Origin: Macrostomum lignano
Taxonomy: Eukaryota
Length of the DNA: 64,000 nt
Assembly (NCBI GenBank): GCA_002269645.1
Contig: NIVC01000158.1
Coordinates: 186,001 to 250,000 of the forward strand
Direction of reading: 5' to 3'
Shown here piece after piece: positions 38,785 through 50,749 of the stretch; the stretch's first letter is position 1, and every line of letters begins with the position of its first letter. A program made the translations under genes and the position numbers. The notes under the pieces were generated by a model, which was not told the origin of the DNA, did no database searches, and worked only from the letters and a program-made list of their open reading frames with translations.

Positions 38785-39311
38785 TAGTGTTCTGCCATAA
38801 GGGGGTCCATACGCTATAGCCATAGCCGTAAGCAAAACTATGGCTTCTTCCAATTCTCTATATTCCGTAGCCATAGGGATCCCAATATTAGCATATTCCC
38901 ATAGTTCCCTTTAGCCATAGCCATAGTTTTGACAAAAAGTCTAGGAAATAAAGTAATTTGAATCAGGAGCATAACTTGGTACTTAAACAATTACAAATAA
39001 AGGTAGAAACTCAAACTAACACTCGATTGCCTTTTGTAAGATCACATTTCAATCATTTTTAAGTTTTTGAATCTATGATGCAGTTTATACTAAATATCTC
39101 TGTTTTATTTTGCCTCTTTCTAATATTTATTAATTTTTTTAAATTTATAACTACAGCTGCGGTAATCTATGGAATGTGACTGCAATTACCATATTTCTGT
39201 AGTTGTAGCCATAAGAGCAGCTATCTACTGTAGGTGTATCTAGCTGCTGTAGGCAACTACTTTACCATATTTGCCATAGGATCCCATAGCCATAGCTATG
39301 GCGGAACACTA
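38785..39311. mobile_element. hAT-like MITE with TAGTGTTCYGCCATA TIRs
   Basis: 15-bp TIR; perfect 8-bp TSD GTTTATAG at 38777-38784 and 39312-39319; subterminal CCATAG repeats. Confidence 0.8.
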
Positions 39312-39529
39312 GTTTATAGTCCTTGAAAGCGGTATGAAATGGTACCTCATATATCAAAACTAGCCATGATTTGATTAGTATTGCATTTATTTTTATAGTG
39401 AATGGCAGCTATCTACATGTAACTCTTAATATTACTATTAATAAAAACTTCTCTTCTCATGACCTATACAACAAAACCTGACACAATTGTTTATTAATGC
39501 CTACAATGAATTTTTATGCTCCATTCAAA

Positions 39530-39670
39530 ATGAGTGAGGAGATGAATGAAATTCAAAAAGTATTCCAAGATGAGGTGCACAAACAAATTGGCCTAATTGA
39601 CAAACAGTACCTGCGCAAACTGCAAGCAGACACATTTCGCTGCTCAATTCGTTGCGTTGAAGATGTTCAG
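39530..39670 (+). CDS. FAM136A: FAM136A (DUF842, mitochondrial intermembrane-space protein), exon 1
   Basis: MSEEMNEIQK...YLRKLQADTFRCSIRCVEDVQ resembles the FAM136A IRKMQ..MFRCS..CCED motif; donor CAG|GTTAGT at 39671. Confidence 0.85.
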
Positions 39671-39929
39671 GTTAGTAGCTGGCAGATAAGTACTTCAATT
39701 ATGTTTAGTATCTGGTTGTCTCATTTTAAGAAAGTTATTGCTGCTGTCAAGCAGTTCTTTAACATTGGACACTATAGATTGACTAAAGATGGAATTGTGA
39801 ATTGTTAATTTCAATGATAAATCCGAAATTAATTTGTTGATAAATGGTAAATTATATATTTATTACCTATTCTAATTTTCTAACTCTTAATAATCCGATT
39901 GTCCTTAATATAATCCCGGTTCGTTAATC

Positions 39930-40497
39930 CTTAGTTGCTAGTCCCGAATTGCTAATTCTTAATAGCAAATCCCATTCTTTTTATCCTTAACTGCTAATCC
40001 CTATCCGTTAATCCTCAATTTCTAATCCCAATCTTTTTATCCTTATTGCTAATCCTAATCCGTTAATCCTCAATTGCCAATCTCAATCTTTTTATCCTTA
40101 ACTGCTAATCCCAATCGGTTTATCCTTAATCCTGAATAGCTAATCCCGATCGGTTAATCCTCCTGCTAATCCCAACCCGTTAATCCTCAATTGCTAATCC
40201 CGATTCGTTAATCCTTCATCGCTATTCCCAACATCGCTAATTCCCAATGCCTAATCCCAACATCGCTAAACCCCAATGCCTAATCCCAACATCGCTAAAC
40301 CCCAATGCCTAATCCCAACATCGCTAATCCCCTATGCCTAATCCCAACATCGCTAATCCCCAATGCCTAATCCCAACATCGCTAATCCCCAATGCCTAAT
40401 CCCAACATCGCTAATCCCCAATGCCTAATCCCAACATCGCTAATCCACAATGCCTAATCCCAACATCGCTAATCCCCTATGCCTAATCTCAACATCG
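39930..40497. repeat. CTAATCC-rich repeat; 29-bp unit GCCTAATCCCAACATCGCTAATCCCCAAT from ~40226, abutting the acceptor
   Basis: Directly visible; the last unit ends in ...AACATCGCAG, which is the 3' splice site. Confidence 0.88.
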
Positions 40498-40500
40498 CAG

Positions 40501-40809
40501 GCCTATCCGAGCCCCCGCGACTCGCAGAGCTGCCTGGAGCGATGCGGCCAAGTTGTTCAACAGGCTGAGAAGGACATCGAAGTGGAGCTGTCGGGCTTTC
40601 AAAACCGAGTCCAGCGTTGCATGATGGACTGCGGCGACAGGGCGAAGGACGGCCTGCCGGCCTCGCCAAGCTCTGATCAGATCGCCAAAGCTCGAGTCGC
40701 TTCGGAGGCGTGCGCGGAGAAGTGCGTGCGCACCCATCTGGAGCAGCATCTGCCTACGGCAATGAAAAAAATTGGCGAACGACTCAAAGGCTACAAAGTG
40801 TCCTTGTAG
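40501..40809 (+). CDS. FAM136A: FAM136A exon 2; spliced protein ~149 aa
   Basis: CLERC, FQNRVQRCMMDCGDRAKD and CAEKCV Cx3C pattern of FAM136A; phase 0 join. Confidence 0.88.
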   Translation, partial: AYPSPRDSQSCLERCGQVVQQAEKDIEVELSGFQNRVQRCMMDCGDRAKDGLPASPSSDQIAKARVASEACAEKCVRTHLEQHLPTAMKKIGERLKGYKVSL

Positions 40810-41069
40810 AAATGACTTGAACTTGGTCTTTGTCTATCCGTGCTTAAATGCGGTTCGAGTTAGAATAGCTTAATGATATTTTAACAACTATTTGTCTCCG
40901 ACTATTGTTAGTTCAATTCAGACATCTGAGTTTATTAGTAGCGTTACATTCTGCTTGCAGCAATAATTATTCACTTTTAATTTTGTTAGTTAACTGTTCA
41001 AATAAATGAATTGATTTTGAAGTGTTCAACTCTTCTTTGGGATGATATACTTTTCATGCAGTTGTCCCT

Positions 41070-41730
41070 CATAGTGTATCTGGATTCCCCATAGTGTATC
41101 TGAATTCCCCCATAGTGTAGCTGAATTCTCCCATAGTGTAGCTGAATTCTCCCATAGTGTATCTGAATCCCCCATAGACAGTGTCTGAATTCCCCTATAG
41201 ACAGTGTCTGAATCCTCCCATAGACATTTGAATCCCCCCATAGACACTGTCTGAATTCCCCCATAGACAGTGTCTGAATTCCCCCAAAGACAGTGTCTGA
41301 ATTCCCCCCATAGACTGTATCTGAATCCCCCCTATAGACAGTGTCTGAATTCTCCCATAGACAGTATCTGAATTCCCCCATAGACAGTATCTGAATTCCC
41401 CTATATACAGTGTCTGAATTCTCCCATAGACAGTATCTGAATTCCCCCATAGACAGTATCTGAATTCCCCTATATACAGTGTCTGAATTCTCCTATAGAC
41501 AGTATTTTAATTCCCCCATAGTGTATCTGAATTCCCCATAGTGTATCCGAATTCACCCGTAGTGTATCTGAATCCCCCATAGACAGTGTCTGAATTCCCC
41601 TATAGACAGTGTCTGAATTCCCCTATAGACAGTGTGTGAATTCTCCCATAGACAGTATCTGAATTCCCCCATAGACAGTATCTGAATTCCCCCATAGACA
41701 GTATCTGAATTCCCCCATGCTGTATCTGAG
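41070..41730. repeat. ~23-bp minisatellite TGTCTGAATTCCCCCATAGACAG between FAM136A and INTS5
   Basis: Directly visible. Confidence 0.92.
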
Positions 41731-41790
41731 TTCCTTCATAGACATTTAAATTGTCGGAATTCCCTGTCCCTCTGCAACAGCAGGCCAGCA

Positions 41791-42190
41791 ATGGCCGCAC
41801 CGCAGGGCACAGAGCTGGGCCTGTTCATCGCGGCCAGCAGCGGCGGGGTCCAACTCAACTCGGAGGCTATGGCCGACCTGGCATTGAATCTCCTTCGCAC
41901 AGTGCCGCAGGCGCGCCTAGCCGTGTTGGAGCACTTCAGCAGCGTGTTTAACGACTACGTGTGCAATAGCGCTTTGCACGCCAAATCAACCCAGTGCGAG
42001 CCGGTGCGCAAGACTCTAGCCAATCATATTAGCCGGCTTTGCTCGGCCTTGGATCAGCTGATGCCAACGGCTCCAACGGGATTCGCTAGCGACGTCTGCC
42101 GTTGGAGTTTGGACCTGTTGGCCAGCTTGTGCCTGAAGTACGCGCCGCATGTGATTGGCGAGGCGCATCAGATCCAGCGGAGCCGGGATG
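41791..42190 (+). CDS. INTS5: Integrator complex subunit 5, exon 1; spliced protein ~898 aa over 6 exons
   Basis: LLRTVPQARLAVLEHFSSVFNDYV and WSLDLLASL resemble INTS5 N-terminal motifs (LLRSLPPARAAVLDHL; WSIDLMGQL); donor GTTGGT at 42191 (phase 1). Confidence 0.85.
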
Positions 42191-42212
42191 GTTGGTTGCT
42201 CAGACTGTTGTG

Positions 42213-42500
42213 TGGGATTATGGGACTATGGGATTAGTGGCTGCGGGATTATTGAATTAGGGATTATGGGCTGTGGGATTATTGAATTAGGGATTATGGC
42301 CTGTGGTGGGATTAGTGGCTTCGGGATGATTGAATTAGGGATTATGGGCTGTGGGATTATTGAATTAGGGATTATGAGCTGTGGTGGGATTAGTGGCTTC
42401 GGGATGATTGAATTAGGGATTATGGGCTGTGGGATTATTGAATTAGGGATTATGAGCTGTGGTGGGATTAGTGGCTTCGAGATGATTGAATTAGGGATTA
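42213..42500. repeat. GGGATTAT-based minisatellite in INTS5 intron 1
   Basis: Directly visible. Confidence 0.85.
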
Positions 42501-42775
42501 TGGGCTGTGTTACGTTCAGACTGGGATTATTTACCGGCTTCCAATATACTAAAAATGATGGACTATAATTAGGACATAATTATGAACTTAAAATATTTAC
42601 TGGAAAAACAGAGCAGAGGATTAATAGTTTTAAGAAAAAATGACTGCATGCATATTCGAAGAGGAAATTTTGATTGTAGTACAGCTCGTAACTGCTGATT
42701 AGTGTACGATATCCGAGATTCGAGCTCGGGACCTAATATATCCTCCTACCCCTCCCTTCGAATGCCTAAAAGCAG

Positions 42776-43031
42776 CGGACAGGCAGCCAATGGAGGAGCG
42801 CACCCGCCAATGGCTATCAGTTCCCGGCATCCCCGAGCTGCTGGGCATCGCTCAGCGATTCGGCGAGCGCGACGATTTCTCGGACGGCCTTCTGGCCGGC
42901 CAGCCGCAGCTCGACTGGTTGCTGGCGGCGCCGGCCGCGACTGTCGGACTTTGCGGGCGTCGGAGCGCCTCGGCTTCGGCTGCCGTTCTGGACCGTCTGT
43001 TGGACCGCGCTATGCGAGACAGCTCGACTAG
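42776..43031 (+). CDS. INTS5: INTS5 exon 2
   Basis: Acceptor AAGCAG ending 42775 (phase 1); ...QPQLDWLLA...; donor AG|GTGAGT at 43032 (phase 2). Confidence 0.8.
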
Positions 43032-43072
43032 GTGAGTGAGCCTGCTCTGGTGGCTTTATGGTGTAAGTGAGT

Positions 43073-43208
43073 GAGTTTAGTTAGTTAGTTTGTTAGTTAG
43101 TTAGTTAGTTTGTTTGTTTGTTAGTTAGTTATTTAGTTAGTTATTTAGTCTGTTAGTTTGATAGTTATCTAGTTAGTTAGTTATTTAGTTAGTTAGTTAG
43201 TTAGTTAT

Positions 43209-43251
<43 letters not shown>

Positions 43252-43252
43252 T

Positions 43253-43291
<39 letters not shown>

Positions 43292-43292
43292 T

Positions 43293-43352
<60 letters not shown>

Positions 43353-43354
43353 CC

Positions 43355-43445
<91 letters not shown>

Positions 43446-43464
43446 CAGTTAGTTAGTTAGTTAT

Positions 43465-43507
<43 letters not shown>

Positions 43508-43508
43508 T

Positions 43509-43551
<43 letters not shown>

Positions 43552-43552
43552 T

Positions 43553-43604
<52 letters not shown>

Positions 43605-43606
43605 CC

Positions 43607-43644
<38 letters not shown>

Positions 43645-44001
43645 GTAGTTAGTTAGTTAGTTAGTTAGTTAATAGTAGGTTAGCCAGTCAGTCAGTCAGT
43701 CAGTCAGTCAGTCAGTCAGTCAATCAGTCAGTCAGTCAGTCAGCCAGTCAGTCAGTCAGTCAGTCAGTCAGTTAGCCAGTCAGTCAGTCAGTCAGTCAGT
43801 CAGTCAGTCAGTCAGTCAGTCAGTCAGTCAGTCAGTCAGTCAGTCAGTCAGTCAGTCAGTCAGTCTGTCAGTCTGTCAGTCAGCCAGTCAGTCAGTCTGT
43901 CAGTCTGTCAGTCAGTCAGTCAGTCTGTCAGTCTGTCAGTCAGCCAGTCAGTCAGTCTGTCAGTCTGTCAGCCAGTCAGTCAGTCTGTCAGTCAGCCAGT
44001 C
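43073..44001. repeat. Compound microsatellite (TTAG)n switching to (TCAG)n, filling INTS5 intron 2
   Basis: Directly visible; switch near 43680. Confidence 0.96.
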
Positions 44002-44031
44002 ATGCCTGTCTCATATGCACCCGATTCGCAG

Positions 44032-44708
44032 AGACGGCTCCGGTCGGGTGCCGCCCAGCCTGCTGGACCTGCTGGCTCACCTGGCTGTCAACCGGCGTGG
44101 CGAACTCTGCGCCGCACTGCGCCGACTCTGCCGCAAAGCGGAGTCCGACCGGCGCCAGCTGGCCTCCTTCCTGCTGCACCTGGCCGCCTTTGGCTCGGCC
44201 GGGCTGTCCGGCCTGCTGGTCGAACTGGCCGTCAGATTCGCCTCGGCCAATCCAGAGCAGCTCGCTGGCGCCCTCGACGCGATGCTATCTGACAATCCCG
44301 ACGCCGTGGTCGATGCTGCCGAGCGTCGACAGATGGCCGCCTCAGTGCTGCTTCGCTGCCAGGAGCCGTCCGGTCTCCGCATGCTGCGGCTTCTCCTTCA
44401 GGCGGTCCGACGGCGGCCGAACGCCGGCCAGTCGAAGACCTGCGCCTTGTTGCTGGCCAGCGTGTCCTCATCCGCTCTGCGATCTCTGCCTGGCTCGCTG
44501 CAGCCGGGCCAGCAGGAGCCGCAGCAGGCGCTGCTTCGCCTGACTGACCGTCTGACAGCCAGGTGTCCGTATTCTGCCCGCCTGTTAGCTGCGGCCGCTG
44601 TCGCTGGCGGCCGGCCCGGCTGTCTGCAGCGGCTACTCCGGCCAGCTTTAACCGGACATCCGAAACTGCTGCTGCAGGCGCTGGATGTTATCGAACTGCA
44701 CGATAGCG
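44032..44708 (+). CDS. INTS5: INTS5 exon 3
   Basis: Acceptor TTCGCAG ending 44031 (phase 2); Leu/Ala-rich helical repeat; donor G|GTGAGG at 44709 (phase 1). Confidence 0.82.
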
Positions 44709-45350
44709 GTGAGGGCTGTTTGGAAGGATTAAGTTATCGGCGTTAAAATATCCCATTAAGTTTCATGTTTCGGCCTTAAAATGCTCGTATTTGAACAACT
44801 TAACTATCGGGTGTCGGTTTAAAAGAACTACTTTTTGAGATATTTTTTGCCTTCTCAAAACTAGTTGCCTATCCTAAAATATCGGGCCTCGGCCTTCAAA
44901 AACTTTGAAAGTTGAAAGTGCCTTTGAGCTTTGAAAGTGCCAAAAAAGGTCTTAATAAATCCCCCTTTGAAGAAATCCGCCTCTAAAAAAGCTATCTTGA
45001 AAAATCCGCCTTCAAAATGCCTTCTGAAAAATTGGCTTTCGAAAATTGCTTCGAAAGAATCTGCCGTCATAAATGTCTTGAGAAAATCGGCCTTTAAAAG
45101 TTTCTTGAAAAAATCAGCCTTCTTTTGGAGAAATCGGCTTTCAAAAATGCCTTTTAAAGAAATCAGCCTTCAAAACTGCATTTAAAAAATCGATAAACAC
45201 CTTTTTGAAACATTGGCTTTTAAAATCAACGTTAAAATATTTCCTTATCTTTGAAAATTTCTTGACCTCTTTAAAGACTCGTAATGATTTAATTCGAAAT
45301 GATTGTCATAACAATCAAGTCAGCGGTAAGTCAATAAAACTGCCTTCTAG

Positions 45351-45601
45351 ATGCCGCCGACGCCATTGCCGACGGCCTGCTTCAGCGGCTGCTGTCTGCT
45401 GCCGATTGGCGCCTTCGCCGGCACCTCCTACGCAGCGCCGGCGCTCTCCTAGCCGAAGAGGCCAGCCAGGAGCGGCGCCGATTGGCTGGCGCTCTCGGCC
45501 GCCAGCTGCCTCGCCTGCTGCGCCTGCTGGACGCCGGGCCGGGGCCGGCCGGTGTTGCCGACCTGCTGGCGCTGACTGGCCGGCTGGAGTTTCACAGATC
45601 T
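45351..45601 (+). CDS. INTS5: INTS5 exon 4
   Basis: Acceptor CCTTCTAG ending 45350 (phase 1); donor GTGAGC at 45602 (phase 0). Confidence 0.78.
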
Positions 45602-45714
45602 GTGAGCGCTGCCGCTTTTACTGAACTGATTTGGGATTTAGGCGCTTTGCATAGGCTTGAGATTTCACATGAGTCTTGTTACTCACTTTTGCTAGCTTAT
45701 AACTTCACTCTGGC

Positions 45715-45992
45715 AGTTTCGAGTTGGAGAAGTTTTGATCTTGTAAAGTCTCGAGTTTGAGAAGTTTTGATCTTGTGAAGTTTCGAGTTTGAGAAGTTTT
45801 GAGCTTGTGAAGTTTCGAGCTTGAGAAGTTTTGATCTTGTGAAGTTTCGAGTTTGAGAAGTTTTGAGCTTGTGAAGTTTCGAGTTTGAGAAGTTTTGATC
45901 TTGTGAAGTTTCGAGCTTGAGAAGTTTTGATCTTGTGAAGTTTCGAGTTTGAGAAGTTTTGAGCTTGTGAAGTTTCGAATTTGAGAAGTTTC
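45715..45992. repeat. 32-bp minisatellite TGTGAAGTTTCGAGTTTGAGAAGTTTTGAKCT in INTS5 intron 4
   Basis: Directly visible. Confidence 0.9.
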
Positions 45993-46066
45993 AAAAGCTT
46001 TTAAAAGTGACCCTGATGGTGTCACCTTTTTATTCCGCTGCCAACTGTAACGATTCTATTTACAAG

Positions 46067-46654
46067 GCACCCTTAGCCGATTGCATAGCAGCCACAGGCG
46101 CTCTGTCCCGAGCTGTCGTTCACTGCCTGTTGGAATCTCCAGCCGATGAGACCGTCGGTCAAGTCGACAGCCTGGCCGACCAGTTGGCCGACCAGCTGCT
46201 GGGCGCCGCCCGTCTCTATCCGCACTGCCGCGTCGCCGCCATCCGCCAGCTGGTCCAAGCCATGCTCTCGCCGTCGCCTCCGCCGCCTCCGCCTCCGTCG
46301 GCTTCGGTCGTAGCCGTCGACTCGCCGTCAACCGGCAGTGTGGCTTTGATCACTTCGCGTCCGCCGAGTGTCGACGTCGCCGGCCAGCTGTTGAGACGGC
46401 GGGCACCGCTGGCCAATCGTTCTGCTGCCGCCGACGCTGCCAGCTCAATGTCGATGACGTCGGCTGCCGAGATGCGCTGGTCAGCCGAGCAGGACCTGCT
46501 GGCTCTGCTGCACCGGCTGGTTATGGACGGCGATGCGGCCAAGTGCGGCGGCAGCGGCGGCTCCCAGGCCGCTGCCCGAGCCCTGGCCGTGGCTCTGTCT
46601 CAGGCCGCCTGTCCTGAGGGCGCCCTTCTGGCTATGGCCGCCACGCTAGACAAG
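46067..46654 (+). CDS. INTS5: INTS5 exon 5
   Basis: Acceptor TACAAG ending 46066; phase 0 at both ends; donor AAG|GTGAGG at 46655. Confidence 0.78.
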
Positions 46655-47075
46655 GTGAGGCTGAGGTAGAGAGAGATGAAGCTGCGGTAAAGAGATGAGG
46701 CTGAGATGGGGAGATGAGGCTGAGATGGGGAGATAAGGCTGACATATGGAGATAAGGCTGAGATGGGGAGATGAGGCTGAGATGGGGAGATGAGACTGCG
46801 GTAAAAAGATAAGGCTGAGATGGGGAGATGAGGCTGCGGTAAAGAGATGAGGCTGAGATGGGGAGATGAGGCTGAGATGGGGAGATGAGGCTGAGATGGG
46901 GAGATGAGGCTGCGGTAAAGAGATGAGGCTGAGGTGGGGAGATGAGGCTGAGGTGGGGAGATGAGGCTGAGGTGGGGAGATGAGGCTAAGATGAGGAAAT
47001 GATGCTGAGATAGGGAGATGAGGCTGAGATGGGGAGATGAGGTTGAGATAGGGAGATGAAGCTGAGGTGGGGATA
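46655..47075. repeat. ~19-bp purine-rich minisatellite GAGATGAGGCTGAGRTGGG starting at the INTS5 intron 5 donor
   Basis: Directly visible. Confidence 0.88.
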
Positions 47076-47167
47076 TCAGTTGGTAAACAATGAATTGCAG
47101 TTGGTAGACAATGGGTTATACTAGGTAGAGAACAGGCTAAAGAAAGTCAGGTGATTTTCCACCCCAG

Positions 47168-47692
47168 GTGGGTCTGGAGTCCGGCACCCGAGTCCTGTCG
47201 CAGTTCCGCGCCCGCCCAGTCGCCCTGTGGGGCGCCCTGGAGCTCGCGGCCAGACTTGGCGAGCCGTGCGTGCTGGCCGAAGCCGCTCCGCTGCTGGCCG
47301 CCCTGCTCACCGGCCTGACCGTCCACTGGGGCTCCCGCCGGCAGCAGCCGCAGTCGTCGGCGTGCGCCGGCGCCGCCGCAGAGACCCGCCGGTTGATCGG
47401 CCTGCTCCGGGCCGGCCGCCTGCTGTCTCCTCCGCTGGACCGTCTGGACGCTATTGTCGACTGTCTGACACCGGCCGAGCTGCACCCGCTGCTCGAGGAG
47501 CTTCGCCGAGCCGTGCTGGAGGCGGCCGACTGGGCCAGACGGGAAGGACCGCAAGCGGTGGCAAAGGCCGGATTGGTCAGCGCCGAGCGGGCGGCGCCGC
47601 TGCTCAACCGGCTGCTGCATCGTCACGTGACCCGGCTGGCCCCGCTGTTTGGCGAGTTCTTTGGCCCGGGCGGCGGCTTGGCCTGTCACTGA
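47168..47692 (+). CDS. INTS5: INTS5 terminal exon 6
   Basis: Acceptor CCCCAG ending 47167; LLHRHVTRLAPLF resembles the INTS5 C-terminus (LHRNIDRL); TGA at 47690-47692. Confidence 0.82.
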   Translation: MGLESGTRVLSQFRARPVALWGALELAARLGEPCVLAEAAPLLAALLTGLTVHWGSRRQQPQSSACAGAAAETRRLIGLLRAGRLLSPPLDRLDAIVDCLTPAELHPLLEELRRAVLEAADWARREGPQAVAKAGLVSAERAAPLLNRLLHRHVTRLAPLFGEFFGPGGGLACH

Positions 47693-48570
47693 TGATTCGA
47701 TAATCTGACTGGTGATTTGATAATCTGACTGGTGATTTGATAATCTGACTGGTGATTTGATAATCTGACTGGTGATTTGATAATCTGACTGATGATTTGA
47801 TCATCTGACTGATGATTTGATCGCTAATGATTTGATAATCTGACTGATGATTTGATAATCTGACTGATGGTTTGATAATCTGACTGATGATTTAATAATC
47901 TGACTGATGATTTGATAATCTGACTGATGATTTAATAATCTGACTGACTGATGATTTGATAATCTGACTGATGATTTGATACTTTGGCCGTGATGATTTG
48001 ATAATCTGACTGATGATTTGATAATCTGACTGATGATTTAATAATCTGACTGATGATTTGATAATCTGACTGATGATTTAATAATCTGACTGACTGATGA
48101 TTTGATAATCTGACTGATGATTTGATAATCTGACTGATGATTTAATAATCTGACTGATGATTTGATAATCTGACTGATGATTTAATAATCTGACTGATGA
48201 TTTAATAATCTGACTGACTGATGATTTGATAATCTGACTGATGATTTAATAATCTGACTGATGATTTGATAATCTGACTGATGATCTGATCGCTAATGAT
48301 TTGATAATCTGACTGATGATTTAATAATCTGACTGACTGATGATTTGATCGCTAATGATTTGATAATCTGACTGATGGTTTGATAATCTGACTGATGATT
48401 TAATAATCTGACTGACTGATGATTTGATAATCTGACTGATGATTTAATAATCTGACTGATGGTTTGATAATCTGACTGATGATTTGATAATCTGACTGAT
48501 GATTTGATAATCTGACTGATGATTTAATAATCTGACTGACTGATGATTTGATAATCTGACTGATGATCTG
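47690..48570. repeat. 20-bp minisatellite TGATGATTTGATAATCTGAC starting at the INTS5 stop codon
   Basis: Directly visible. Confidence 0.94.
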
Positions 48571-48960
48571 ACGGCTTCAAATTCAAATTCGGCTTGTTAG
48601 CTATTATTAATTTTTGGCAAGCATTTTTCATCAGTTCATTAACAGTTATTAACACAGTCATTAACACTTATTTTCTGTTAGTAGCAGCATGTGTATGTAT
48701 GAGTTAGTGTTGGTTGCCGATTGAAATATTTCGTGTACTAATTATATAATAAATATTACACAGCCAAGTTCCTTGTTGCTTTTAAAAACGCAGTTCAGCC
48801 AATTAAAAATATTCATCGCGCGCTTTTTTTCACTCCAACTTTAAATTTTAGTTGCAAAATACAAAAAAATGCCTACTGACAAGTAGGATAGAGCGACTAT
48901 CATTGCTTTTCTCGGTTAGATAGCTAAATAGTGTGTATAAATTTTTTTCAGCGGCATATC

Positions 48961-49353
48961 ATGAAACGCCGCCGCTCGCCAGCCGCCGATGCGGCGACTC
49001 CGTCAGCCTCGTCGGATCCGATGTTCAAAACGCTGGAATTCGCTCGCAGTCTGAGGACTATACGGGATTATTTTAATTTAATAGACAAATGCGGCGAAGG
49101 CGCTTTCTCGGCCGTGTTCAGAGCCCGGCCGCTGACTGGCGGGGACCGTTGCCTAGCGGTTAAGGTCATCAGCCAGTGCTGCGACTTGCAGCGCACCTGT
49201 ACGGAGATTCTCCTGTTGAAGGCCTTAAAAGGCTCGCCGAATGTCATCAGCCTGATGTCTGCTGTGCGTGAGGCTGAAACTGTGCTGCTGGTGATGGACT
49301 ACGTTGAGCACAGGCCGTTTGTGGAGTTCTATAGACAGCTGCAACCTGATCAG
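48961..49353 (+). CDS. CDC7: Cell division cycle 7 kinase, exon 1; spliced protein ~384 aa
   Basis: GEGAFSAV glycine loop, AVK lysine, DYVEH hinge; donor CAG|GTGCGT at 49354. Confidence 0.88.
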
Positions 49354-49394
49354 GTGCGTTGGCTGCAATTGTGTGCTATTATCCCCTTTTTAGA

Positions 49395-49905
49395 TTCCTC
49401 TTATTCTTAGAATCGACCTGTTTCTTAGAATCGTCGTTCAGTTCTTAGAATCTTCGCTTCTTATGAGTAGAAACGGCTTTTTTTCTAATAATTTTATGGC
49501 TTTTTGGAATCGGCTCATTTCTTAGAATCTTTGCTTTTTAAAATAGGCTTGTATTTCTAGGAATTTTATTGCTTCTTAGAATCGGCTGCTTAGAATCTTA
49601 TTGTTTCTTAAAATCGGCTCATTTCTTAGAATCTTATTGTTTCTTAGAATCGGCTCATTCTTTAGAATCTTATTGTTTCTTAAAATCGGCTCATTTCTTA
49701 GAATCTTATTGTTTCTAAGAATCGATTCCTTTTTGAGAATCTTATTGTTTCTTAGAACCGATTCCTTTTTGAGAATCTTATTGTTGCTTAGAATCGGCTC
49801 ATTTCTTAGAATATTATTGTTTCTTAGAATCGGCTCATTTCTTAGAATCTTATTGCTTCTCCTTTCTTAGAACAGATCTGTTTCTCAGAACTGTTTTTTT
49901 CCTAG
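49395..49905. repeat. Degenerate TTCTTAGAATC-based minisatellite in the CDC7 intron
   Basis: Directly visible. Confidence 0.85.
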
Positions 49906-49962
49906 AATCAGCACCAGCCCAACCAGTGCCTGAGCTGACAGCCATCCCGGCACCATCTGCAG

Positions 49963-50724
49963 GTGCAGCACTACATGCGCTGCCTGCTGGACGCCCTCAG
50001 CCGAGTCCACTCAATGGGCGTAGTGCATCGCGACGTGAAGCCCAGCAACGCGCTGTACAATCCGGCCACCGGCCAGTTTGCTCTGGCCGACTTCGGCCTG
50101 GCCCACCTGGTGCAGCAGCAGCCGCAACGGCCGAGACCGGCCGCCCGGCCAGCCGCTGTTGGTTCGGCCGCGGTTTTCTCGTCCAATAAGTCCGCGGCCG
50201 CCTCGTGCCGCTGCGCCTCCGGGCTCGTGTGCGGCCCCTGCCTGTCCAAGCGGCCGATCCGAGCGCCACGCGGCGGCACCAACGGCTACAGGCCTCCGGA
50301 AGTGCTGCTGCAGGCCGACAGCCAGGACTGCCGGGTGGACACCTGGGCGGCCGGCTGCATTCTGGCCGCTTTCCTGTCCGGCCGGCAGCCGTTTCTCTGG
50401 TGCCGCTCGGACACGGAATGCCTGTACCTGCTGTGCTGCCTGTTCGGCCTGAACTCCATGCGATCCGCTGCCGCCGCTGTCGGGCGCGAGCTGCGCGTGC
50501 TGCCAGTCGCCTCGGAGACTCTGCCAGAAGCCGAGTTCCCCTGTCGGCGAGACCGGCTGTCCAGCGTCTGTCGGTTGATATGCGGAACCGAGGCCGGCAG
50601 CTCCGATGGTCCGTCGTCGTCAGTGTTTGACCTGCTCAGCGGATTGCTGCAAGCCGATCCGGCGAAGCGGCTGACAGCTGCCGACGCTCTCAAGCATCCG
50701 TACTTTGCTTCGGCTAAGCGCTAA
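49963..50724 (+). CDS. CDC7: CDC7 exon 2
   Basis: HRDVKPSN, DFGLA, kinase-insert Cys cluster (CRC...VCGPCLS) followed by RAPRGGTNGYRPPEV, as in CDC7 (VCSICLS...APRAGTPGFRAPEV). Confidence 0.9.
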   Translation: MQHYMRCLLDALSRVHSMGVVHRDVKPSNALYNPATGQFALADFGLAHLVQQQPQRPRPAARPAAVGSAAVFSSNKSAAASCRCASGLVCGPCLSKRPIRAPRGGTNGYRPPEVLLQADSQDCRVDTWAAGCILAAFLSGRQPFLWCRSDTECLYLLCCLFGLNSMRSAAAAVGRELRVLPVASETLPEAEFPCRRDRLSSVCRLICGTEAGSSDGPSSSVFDLLSGLLQADPAKRLTAADALKHPYFASAKR

Positions 50725-50749
50725 TCGGACTGGGCTTTGCTTTGTTAAC

